This document shows positions 55,805-64,000 of a DNA stretch of 64,000 bases, piece by piece. How positions within the stretch are numbered: position 1 is the first letter of the stretch; each line of letters opens with the position of its first letter. The notes beneath the pieces were generated by a model. It saw only the letters and a program-made list of their open reading frames with translations. It ran no database searches and was not told the origin of the DNA. Made by a program: the position numbers and the translations under genes. The stretch is taken from IMG/VR virus record IMGVR_UViG_3300032330_001742, positions 52,065 through 116,064 of that record; one strand, 5' to 3'. The DNA comes from a virus. Its lineage: Duplodnaviria > Caudoviricetes.

Positions 55805-58800
55805 ATGTCTACTCCATCAAACCTATATGCAGAGAAAGTGTTTTCTGAACACCCTATTGCTTTGTGGGCTTTAGATGATAAAGTAGACTATGTATCTTTA
55901 ATATCTGAGCAACAAAGGTCTTTGTCTACTTGGACAATAACTAATGGAACAAATTCGGTAGTTACAAATGTAACAGATGAGCCTTTTATTTCAAGTGTTA
56001 TAAATCAAGTTACTGGCAATCCAGTAGATTCAACAAATCAGGCAGTAGAGTGTATTGGTCCAGATATATTTAACTTTACTACTATTAATCAGGATCTAGA
56101 AACATTTTCTTTAGGTGCCTATGTATACTCTTTAACACCATATGTTACTGGTTTTGATATTGGATATGAGTATTATGATTCTACAACTGGTACAAATATA
56201 CAACAATTAAAACACTACGAAACATCTATTTCTGAAAAATGGATCTTTATATCTGAAACTTTTGTTTCACCAAAAGACAATACGACAATGAGACCAGTAC
56301 TCAAGTTCTATTATATTGATGGAGCAAATGATTCAACTCAATATAAATTTTTAGTTAATGGAATAACTATAGGTCAATGGTCAGAAGAATTTAATACTTT
56401 TTCTTTAGGAATTACACCAACAAATCTTCCATCAAATATTAACCTTCCACAGTTAAAGGGTATAGAGGCAAAAGCATATGGACTTCAAGATAACTCTGGA
56501 TACTATATAACTGATGAATCATCTCTTTGTGCAAAAAATTCTGGTGTTCCTATGGTTTATGGAGCAAGCAATACAACTACTATATTCCCAAATGATCTTG
56601 GTGCTCCAGGTATCATTATTCCTGGAAATGGGTTTTTAAATGAATCTGGAAAATTTAATGATTATACTTTTGAAACTTGGTTAAGGGTCGAAGGCGATTC
56701 ATTGCAGCCAAGAAAAATTTTTGGACCAATAGCATCAACTGATGGTATATATGTTGATGGACCATTTTTAACTTTAAAAATAGGAAGGTCCTATGATTCA
56801 TTTTGTGTTGGCGAATGGTCAAAACCAATGCTTATTCAAATTAGATATACAAAGCAATATGCATCTTTAGTTCTTAATGGAGAACAAGTTATCTACATAC
56901 CACTTGACATAAATAGTATTTCTTTTCCAGATCAACTTGTAAATAATAAAAGTAATGACTGGCTTGCATTCTATGCGTATGATGATCTTTCCCCAATTGA
57001 AATTGATTGTGTTGGAATATATTCTTATATAGTTCCAAACATAGTTGCAAAGAAAAGATTTGTTTATGGTCAAGGAGTTCAAATACCAGAAAATATTAAT
57101 AGTGCATACAGTGGCTCTTCTGTTTTTATTGATTATCCATTTGCTAATTATTCCAATAACTATTCTTATCCAGATTTAGCAAAATGGTCTCAGGCAAATA
57201 TTGATAACCTTAAGGTAGAAAATAATTCTTTATCGTTGCCAGATTATGATCTTCCAAGTTTTGTTTCTACAAATAAAACAACAGCAAATTTATGTTTAGA
57301 TAATAACTCAGTTCAAACAAGTTCTAACTTATTTATTAGTTTAAAGCCTACCGCTTCTTGGGCATCTACTGAATCTTATTTGTTTTTTGATAAAATTCCT
57401 AACATCAATAGCAGTTTGGCATGCGTTTACGGTGTTTTTCAATATAACAACTACACCCTAACTCCTCAGACCTTAATACGTATTGAAGACTCTTCTTCAC
57501 AAAACTATTTATCTTTAGATTTAATTGGAGATGTAGTTTTTTATAAGTTAAAATATGGAAATCAAATAAAGACAATTTATGAATCAGATTCTATAATTCT
57601 TGGCGATAAATTTTCTACTGGTTTAAACTTAAACAATTTTTCAAAATATTTTGGTGGTAATGTTTCTTCTTTGTTAGAAAATAGATCTGGACTAAAAGTT
57701 TATGTGGGTGGAAATAAACAACTACAGAATACTTTTTCTGGAAATATATATTCTATAAACTTTTTAACTGATAAAAACTTTTCTTTGGTTTCTGATTTAT
57801 TTGATGATAGCGGAGTTCCACTAGAATATGAAAATGTTTTTAATCAGTATTACCAAACAATAGACTATGATGGTGGATCACCAGCAACAAGTTTTTGGGA
57901 TGATTTAATTGGAGAAGATGGTAGTGATGAAGCAGGCTTGCCAACAACGGTAGATAGATTATCTAGTCATTCACCAAGTTATAGATTTAAGCCATCGAAG
58001 AAATTTAACATATATAAACTTGACGTAGATCTTAATGGAACATGGGAAGATAATATTCCACTTACATATTTTGCTAAATATGAGTTAGATGAATTAGGTA
58101 ATAAAAAATATTCATTAAACTTCTTGCAATTTAATTTAGATTATCCACGTCCAAAAAATTATGAAGAAGCAATTACTTATTCTATATGGAATTATGGAGA
58201 ATTAAAACAAAAATATGCTTCACCAACCCAAAGAGACTACTCTTCATTAGATAATCAACTTTACACTGGATACGCTAACTATTCTGATCTGGCATCAAAC
58301 GTATCTAAAGTTTTTAATTTTGATACGTCCAGGTCTTTGGTAAAGTCATATATTTCTTTTCAGTACACTGCATCAGGAGCAAACACTCCTGCAAATGTTT
58401 TTAAGTATAAGGTTAAGCCTCAAGCAAATGGAATCATAAACCCAGGCTCTTATATTGTGGATAAAAAAATAAATTCAAGTGGTCAAATTGTATTAATCAA
58501 TGACAGCATTATGAATACTAAATATGAAATAGTAAATAATACAATCATCTATCCACCATCTGGAATTGATTTTCAAGATTTGTCAATTGTCATACATATA
58601 GAGTATGATGTTGAGTCTGCAATATCTAAGCCATTATTTATAAAATCACTTCAACTTTGTTCTCAATCATTTAGTTCTGGAATCAATGAAATAGGTACAC
58701 GTTTTGGAAACTCAATATATCCATACAAAAAGAGTGGAATTTATTATGATTATAAAACACAAAATCCTTTTTCAATTTATAAGGGCAGTTCGCCATATTT

Positions 58801-59569
58801 ATACTTAACTGATACAAGTGGAATTCAAGTTCGTGGAACTATAGATCCACAAATAAATAGAGGGGTTGCAGTACCAATAAATAATAAAATGTCTGCTAAT
58901 TATAAAGTAATGGCTATGCAACTTGCAGTTAAGTATACAGATCCAGTGTTTCCATTTTCACCAACATCAATTTTTGAGATTGAAAGCAAAAATGGTACAA
59001 TAAAATTTTTCATAGTTGCAGATAGTCCAAACGGTAAAAGAGGAAAAATATATGCAATAAACGCCAGTACTGGAAAACTTGAAGACGGCATTGTATTTTA
59101 TTTAAATGGTAACCTAGTTAGTGATCCAGTAATCAATACATACGAGTGGGCTTTTATAGGAATTGCATTTTCTAATATATTAAATTTCAATAGTTACGTT
59201 GGTGCCTTTAGGATAAATGGTCCACTTTTAATTAATTTAATATCACATTATAAGTCAACAAACTTACAAGAGGTTCAAAATGTAATTAGTAGGCCATGGT
59301 TTAAGGTTAAATATTCTGGAAACTTAACTCTTGATTGGGATTTTTGGGATGTTGCATATAAGTGGCAGGGCGTACTTGTCCTATCTTCCACATCCTACTA
59401 TGGAGTCAAGCCATCAGATATTTATAAAGCGTATGCAGGAACTAACAAGATCATCGTTGATGATTACAGCCTTTCTGATCAGTTGCCTAAAATTCTTAAT
59501 TTTAAAGACTATGAATATAACATTTATAAAGATATTCAGTGGCAATCTTATGTTCAGAATCCAGTATAA
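55805..59569 (+). CDS. Large virion structural protein (LamG-like segments)
   Basis: 1254 aa, HPIALWALD start, beta-rich, upstream of portal. Confidence 0.6.
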   Translation: MSTPSNLYAEKVFSEHPIALWALDDKVDYVSLISEQQRSLSTWTITNGTNSVVTNVTDEPFISSVINQVTGNPVDSTNQAVECIGPDIFNFTTINQDLETFSLGAYVYSLTPYVTGFDIGYEYYDSTTGTNIQQLKHYETSISEKWIFISETFVSPKDNTTMRPVLKFYYIDGANDSTQYKFLVNGITIGQWSEEFNTFSLGITPTNLPSNINLPQLKGIEAKAYGLQDNSGYYITDESSLCAKNSGVPMVYGASNTTTIFPNDLGAPGIIIPGNGFLNESGKFNDYTFETWLRVEGDSLQPRKIFGPIASTDGIYVDGPFLTLKIGRSYDSFCVGEWSKPMLIQIRYTKQYASLVLNGEQVIYIPLDINSISFPDQLVNNKSNDWLAFYAYDDLSPIEIDCVGIYSYIVPNIVAKKRFVYGQGVQIPENINSAYSGSSVFIDYPFANYSNNYSYPDLAKWSQANIDNLKVENNSLSLPDYDLPSFVSTNKTTANLCLDNNSVQTSSNLFISLKPTASWASTESYLFFDKIPNINSSLACVYGVFQYNNYTLTPQTLIRIEDSSSQNYLSLDLIGDVVFYKLKYGNQIKTIYESDSIILGDKFSTGLNLNNFSKYFGGNVSSLLENRSGLKVYVGGNKQLQNTFSGNIYSINFLTDKNFSLVSDLFDDSGVPLEYENVFNQYYQTIDYDGGSPATSFWDDLIGEDGSDEAGLPTTVDRLSSHSPSYRFKPSKKFNIYKLDVDLNGTWEDNIPLTYFAKYELDELGNKKYSLNFLQFNLDYPRPKNYEEAITYSIWNYGELKQKYASPTQRDYSSLDNQLYTGYANYSDLASNVSKVFNFDTSRSLVKSYISFQYTASGANTPANVFKYKVKPQANGIINPGSYIVDKKINSSGQIVLINDSIMNTKYEIVNNTIIYPPSGIDFQDLSIVIHIEYDVESAISKPLFIKSLQLCSQSFSSGINEIGTRFGNSIYPYKKSGIYYDYKTQNPFSIYKGSSPYLYLTDTSGIQVRGTIDPQINRGVAVPINNKMSANYKVMAMQLAVKYTDPVFPFSPTSIFEIESKNGTIKFFIVADSPNGKRGKIYAINASTGKLEDGIVFYLNGNLVSDPVINTYEWAFIGIAFSNILNFNSYVGAFRINGPLLINLISHYKSTNLQEVQNVISRPWFKVKYSGNLTLDWDFWDVAYKWQGVLVLSSTSYYGVKPSDIYKAYAGTNKIIVDDYSLSDQLPKILNFKDYEYNIYKDIQWQSYVQNPV

Positions 59570-59587
59570 TATGGTATACTAATGGTT

Positions 59588-59992
59588 ATGAACTTAGAGA
59601 ATCCAAATAAAAAGCGTAAAAACCTTCCCAAGATGAAGGGTCAAGTGGGCGAATCACGTGCAAAGATTATTGAAAAGCACTATGATTGGGGCCTATATGT
59701 ATACAAAAAGGCAAATGGAAAATGGTTTACAGATGGATCTGGATCCGTTCTTAACATTGAGTCTATGAAAGGTGATATTTTGCAAATTGCTAAACTCAAA
59801 GATGCAGCAAAATATTATGGGGATGAGGGTGACGGAGAATGTGTTTTTGTTCCAGGACTAACAAGAATTTCAGAAGAAGAGTATTCTGAGCAAAAGCAAA
59901 GAATGGCAGAGGGTTATATTCCATCAATGAATGACCTTGGTGCTTGGAAGGCTGCCCAGGATACAGTTGATAAATATGGAAGTGGCGACTAA
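59588..59992 (+). CDS. Hypothetical protein upstream of portal
   Basis: Leaderless ATG 7 nt after TGGTATACT. Confidence 0.65.
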   Translation: MNLENPNKKRKNLPKMKGQVGESRAKIIEKHYDWGLYVYKKANGKWFTDGSGSVLNIESMKGDILQIAKLKDAAKYYGDEGDGECVFVPGLTRISEEEYSEQKQRMAEGYIPSMNDLGAWKAAQDTVDKYGSGD

Positions 59993-61614
59993 TGTCAGAA
60001 GAAAATGAATATTTGATTCGTGCCTCAATGGATGAGTTTCCTCAAGAAGCAGATGTATTTAAAGAGCAGGATCCGTTTAATAAAACATGGGACGAACTAA
60101 AAACACTTTCTGGTTTAGACAATAACTTTAAACGTCGTGCATCTAGATTTGCAACAACTCCAATTGCTAAAGGTGAAGCAACTCCACAATATATGGATAG
60201 CGCACTTGCTGTAAAAAGCGGTAAAGATGGAACAAAGTCAAAAGAAATTAATCCAGGAACTATATATAGAAATGGCTATGGACTATTTGATGTAATTACT
60301 CCACCTTGGAACCTTTATGAACTTGCAAGTTTTTATGATACATCATTTGCTAATCATGCTGCAATTGATGCAAAGGTAGAAAATATTGTTGGTCTTGGAT
60401 ATGATTTTGAGATCTCTCCTCGTACAATGTTAAAGTTAGAAGCAGCACAAGCAAAGACTGCAGAAAATGCTCGTAAAAGAATTGAACGTGCCAAGGTTGA
60501 ATTAACTGACTGGCTTGAAAGTTTAAACCAAGAAGACTCTTTTACAACAATTATGGAAAAAGTTTATACAGATGTTCAAGCAACAGGTAATGGATACATT
60601 GAAGTTGGTAGAACAGTTAAGGGTCAGATTGGTTATATTGGTCACATCCCAGCAGTAACTATGAGAGTTCGTAGATTGCGTGATGGGTTTGTACAGGTTA
60701 TTGGAAATAAAGTTGTTTACTTCCGTAACTTTGGTGCAAAAAATCCAAACCCAGTGACAGCAGATACACGTCCAAATGAGATTATTCATTTTAGAGAATA
60801 CTCACCACTAAATACATTTTATGGAGTACCAGATATTATCTCTGCAATTACAGCATTGCATGGGGATATGCTTGCATCACAATACAACATTGACTACTTC
60901 AGCAATAAGGCTGTTCCAAGATATGTTGTAACGTTGAAGGGTGCAAAACTTTCTGGAGAAGCAGAAGATAAAATGTTTAGATTTTTGCAAACTGGAATGA
61001 AGGGCCAAAACCATAGAACTCTTTATATTCCATTGCCAGGAGACTCAGATACAAACAAGGTTGAATTTAAAATGGAGCCAATTGAAAATGGTGTACAAGA
61101 GGGTTCATTTGAAAAGTATCGCAAGCAAAACCGTGATGATATTTTAGTAGCACACCAGGTTCCACTTTCAAAACTTGGAGGATCAGATTCATCTGCAATT
61201 GCAGCAGCACTTGCACAAGACAGAACATTTAAAGAACAGGTTGCACGTCCAGCACAAAGAGAACTTGAAAAGCCAATCAATAAAATTATTCGTGAACAAA
61301 CAGATATTCTACAATTTAAGTTTAACGAACTAACATTAACAGATGAAATTGCACAGTCACAAATTCTTGAGCGCTATGTTAAGAATCAAATCATGGTTCC
61401 AAACGAAGCAAGAACAATTTTGCGTATGCCACAGCGTGACGGCGGAGATGAGCCACTAGATCTTAAGCCACAGCAAGCAGCAGATGCAACTACTACAAGA
61501 GCAAGAGATGGTCAAAGAACAAACAATCAGTCTGATGGATCAGCAACAGTTGCTGGAAGAAATCCAAAAGGCGAAGGTCGAAAATCTAATGATCTGTCTG
61601 AATTGTCCGAATAG
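59992..61614 (+). CDS. Portal protein
   Basis: GNGYIEV.R, NEIIHF, FYGVP, YFSN.AVP, IL.AH.VP, PNEAR; position in head module. Confidence 0.9.
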   Translation: MSEENEYLIRASMDEFPQEADVFKEQDPFNKTWDELKTLSGLDNNFKRRASRFATTPIAKGEATPQYMDSALAVKSGKDGTKSKEINPGTIYRNGYGLFDVITPPWNLYELASFYDTSFANHAAIDAKVENIVGLGYDFEISPRTMLKLEAAQAKTAENARKRIERAKVELTDWLESLNQEDSFTTIMEKVYTDVQATGNGYIEVGRTVKGQIGYIGHIPAVTMRVRRLRDGFVQVIGNKVVYFRNFGAKNPNPVTADTRPNEIIHFREYSPLNTFYGVPDIISAITALHGDMLASQYNIDYFSNKAVPRYVVTLKGAKLSGEAEDKMFRFLQTGMKGQNHRTLYIPLPGDSDTNKVEFKMEPIENGVQEGSFEKYRKQNRDDILVAHQVPLSKLGGSDSSAIAAALAQDRTFKEQVARPAQRELEKPINKIIREQTDILQFKFNELTLTDEIAQSQILERYVKNQIMVPNEARTILRMPQRDGGDEPLDLKPQQAADATTTRARDGQRTNNQSDGSATVAGRNPKGEGRKSNDLSELSE

Positions 61615-61646
61615 TAAGATATTGTTAAAAAGGGGTTTATAATATA

Positions 61647-62969
61647 ATGGTGAGCAGCATATCTAAAGCCCATTGGAATTCAGATGGGGAGAATCTTCGT
61701 CTTTCTATGCCTTTTGCCAAGGTAGATAAAGAAAGACGTATTGTATCAGGTTTTGCATCTTTGGATAACATTGATAAGCAAGACGACATTGTAACAGCAG
61801 AAGCATCAATGGATGCCTTTGCACGTTTCCGTGGAAATATTAGAGAAATGCATCAGCCACTTGCAGTAGGCAAGATGGTTTCATTTAAAGAAGATAAGTA
61901 TTTTGATCCAGAATCTAAGAAATTTTATTCTGGTGTTTTTGTTTCTGCCTACGTTTCAAAAGGTGCACAAGATACATGGGAAAAAGTTCTTGATGGTACA
62001 TTGACTGGTTTTTCAATTGGCGGAAGAATGAATAAGTGGGACGATGCTTATGATGAAAAATCAGATAAAGCAATTAGAGTTATTAAGCAATATGATTTAG
62101 TTGAGTTGAGTCTTGTAGATTCCCCAGCAAATCAATTTGCAAATATTGTTTCTGTAGAAAAAGTTGATGGTGTAAATGTTATCAAAGCAGATGAAACAGT
62201 ATTGGAAAATGTTTTTTACGATAAAGAGGCAGGTCTTGTTTTGGTTTCAGAAAATGAATCTGAAAAGAATCCTTTGACTGGCTCCACAATGGAAAATATA
62301 GGTTTCGTTGAAAAAACGGATAATGAAAAAACAGATATGATAAAGTTCTTAGTTGATAGTGCTAAAGGCATTAATACTTCTAAGATTAACAAGGAGGCAA
62401 ATCCTATGAACGAAACAACAAATGAAATAGTAGAAGAGATCGTTGAGAAATCTGACGCTACAGTTGTAGAAACACAGGTCGCAACCGAGGCTATTGTCGA
62501 AGAATCAACAGACGCTGAAAAGGCTATGAAGCCAGCAGCAGATGAAGAAGAATCAGCAGCAGAAGCAGCATCAGAAACTCAAGCAGATGAAGATGCAGAA
62601 GCAGCAAAAGACAAAGCAAAGAAGTCAGATGAAATTGTAGCAGCAGTTGCAACAATTAATGACAATCTTACAACAGCCTTTAGCGATCTATTATCAACAG
62701 TTAAGTCATTGCAGGCAGAAGTAGAACTTCTAAAGTCTACAAAGGTTGACGTTGAAGCAGTACGGTCTTCATTCGAAGATGTTGCAAAAGATATTGCAGC
62801 AGCAAAGGGTGAAGTAAATGAATTTGGAAAGCGTGTTGACGCAGTAGAAGCAGATACCGCATTCCGAAAGTCTGGTGATCTCGGAGAGATTATCCAGGAT
62901 CAGCCTGAAATGGTTGAAAAATCCCTATGGGGCGGACGTTTCCTCAAAACAGCCGATCTATTTAATTAG
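61647..62969 (+). CDS. Prohead protease with C-terminal scaffold-like coiled coil
   Basis: VSGFAS...D.Q.D, IREMH, GFSIGG, ELSLVD.PAN; acidic Ala-rich tail. Confidence 0.88.
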   Translation: MVSSISKAHWNSDGENLRLSMPFAKVDKERRIVSGFASLDNIDKQDDIVTAEASMDAFARFRGNIREMHQPLAVGKMVSFKEDKYFDPESKKFYSGVFVSAYVSKGAQDTWEKVLDGTLTGFSIGGRMNKWDDAYDEKSDKAIRVIKQYDLVELSLVDSPANQFANIVSVEKVDGVNVIKADETVLENVFYDKEAGLVLVSENESEKNPLTGSTMENIGFVEKTDNEKTDMIKFLVDSAKGINTSKINKEANPMNETTNEIVEEIVEKSDATVVETQVATEAIVEESTDAEKAMKPAADEEESAAEAASETQADEDAEAAKDKAKKSDEIVAAVATINDNLTTAFSDLLSTVKSLQAEVELLKSTKVDVEAVRSSFEDVAKDIAAAKGEVNEFGKRVDAVEADTAFRKSGDLGEIIQDQPEMVEKSLWGGRFLKTADLFN

Positions 62970-62993
62970 AAAATCACTTGGAGGTGAACAAAT

Positions 62994-64000
62994 ATGTCAG
63001 AAGAAATTAAGAAGAACCAGCCAGGTACATCTGGTAACATTGGTGGAACTGCGCCAGGACTCTATCAGGGTCAGGGAGCATTTGCATCAGGATCAGACGC
63101 AGCAGCGAACGTACCAGGAAATTACACTGATGGAGGCGTACTAGGAAATATCCCTACAGCACTATCAGGAGTAACAACAGGACCAAATGCAGTCAATCCT
63201 TCAGGTGATGCCGCTAGCGGAATCCTTCGCCCTGAACAAGCACGTCAGTTTATTGACTACGTGTGGGATGCAACAATTCTTGCTCAAGATGGACGTAGAG
63301 TCACAATGAGAGCAAACACAATGGAACTTGAAAAGGTTAACGTTGGAGAACGTGTTATTCGTGCAGCAGCGCAAGCAGTTGGCGATTACACAAACGCAGG
63401 AGCAACCTTCTCAAAGGTTGAACTTACCACAAAGAAGATTCGTCTTGACTGGGAAGTAACTGCAGAAGCACTAGAAGATAACATCGAAGGTGCAGCACTT
63501 GAAGATCACATCGTTCGTCTTATGACAAACGCATTCGGTAATGATATCGAAGATCTTGCAATTAACGGTGATGGATCAACAGGAAACTTCTTGTCTATCA
63601 TGGACGGATTTATCCACCGTGCAAAGACAGAAGGAGACGCTCACGAGTCAGTTGTAACAGTTACAAATGGCGGATGGACTCCAGAAGTTATGCAGAACAT
63701 CATCCTTGCAATGCCACGTAAATATCGTGCACTTAAGAACAACCTAAAGTTCTATGCAGGTACAGACGTATTCCAGGGTATCGTTAAGAACAACGGTACA
63801 CTTGCTGATGCAATCGCAGAAGCATTTGGATCACATGCTGGTGCAGCAGGTACTGCAGCAAACCGTCAGGCATACCTCGATGGTAACGCACAGACATTCG
63901 GTGGAGCACGTACAACTCGTGTCCTCGGAATCGACGTACAAGAAGTTCCTTACTACCCTGCAGGATATGTCGACTTGACATTCCCACAGAACCGTGTATG
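62994..64000 (+). CDS. Major capsid protein (HK97 fold), 3'-truncated; absent from ORF track
   Basis: SD GGAGG; open frame MSEEIKK...GILRPEQARQFID...VELTTKKIRL..EVT.EALEDNIEG...DLAINGD to window end. Confidence 0.9.
   Translation, partial: MSEEIKKNQPGTSGNIGGTAPGLYQGQGAFASGSDAAANVPGNYTDGGVLGNIPTALSGVTTGPNAVNPSGDAASGILRPEQARQFIDYVWDATILAQDGRRVTMRANTMELEKVNVGERVIRAAAQAVGDYTNAGATFSKVELTTKKIRLDWEVTAEALEDNIEGAALEDHIVRLMTNAFGNDIEDLAINGDGSTGNFLSIMDGFIHRAKTEGDAHESVVTVTNGGWTPEVMQNIILAMPRKYRALKNNLKFYAGTDVFQGIVKNNGTLADAIAEAFGSHAGAAGTAANRQAYLDGNAQTFGGARTTRVLGIDVQEVPYYPAGYVDLTFPQNRV

Noticed and set aside
55805-59992. Terminase upstream of the portal
   Set aside because: No Walker A/B or nuclease motifs recognised; terminase presumably lies outside the window
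62875-63987. Short ORFs 62875-63144, 63754-63978 and 63784-63987
   Set aside because: They overlap the open capsid frame starting at 62994
1-64000. Stop-codon reassignment
   Set aside because: Long genes are intact in the standard code and no suppressor tRNA was seen

Overview
64-kb segment of a large, low-GC tailed dsDNA phage (HK97-fold capsid, portal, prohead protease). The host is inferred to be an actinobacterium, probably freshwater, from pervasive leaderless genes, PafBC-, CRP- and WhiA-type motifs and a PNGGSS membrane protein. Layout: (1) 1-15.8 kb accessory region with Hsp20, Dps, RsmI-like and class I methyltransferases, a carbamoyltransferase, many 2OG-Fe(II) oxygenases and 7 tRNAs; (2) about 15.85-16.3 kb non-coding segment with three DnaA boxes; (3) about 16.3-27.6 kb early/host-takeover-like region of small ORFs and one tRNA-Asp, with repeated regulatory cassettes and a covarying RNA pseudoknot after several stop codons; (4) 27.7-31.8 kb further oxygenases; (5) 32-53 kb tail/fibre module with two Hint-domain proteins carrying Pro-Thr or FGFSP repeats, each followed by oxygenase and GlcNAc-transferase-like genes; (6) class II RNR, a large structural protein, portal, protease and a truncated major capsid gene. 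Top candidates for new biology: an autoprocessed, hydroxylated/glycosylated virion appendage system, six exact PafBC-type DNA-damage promoters, and a repeated 3'-UTR pseudoknot. All family assignments are by eye from motifs; no searches were run.
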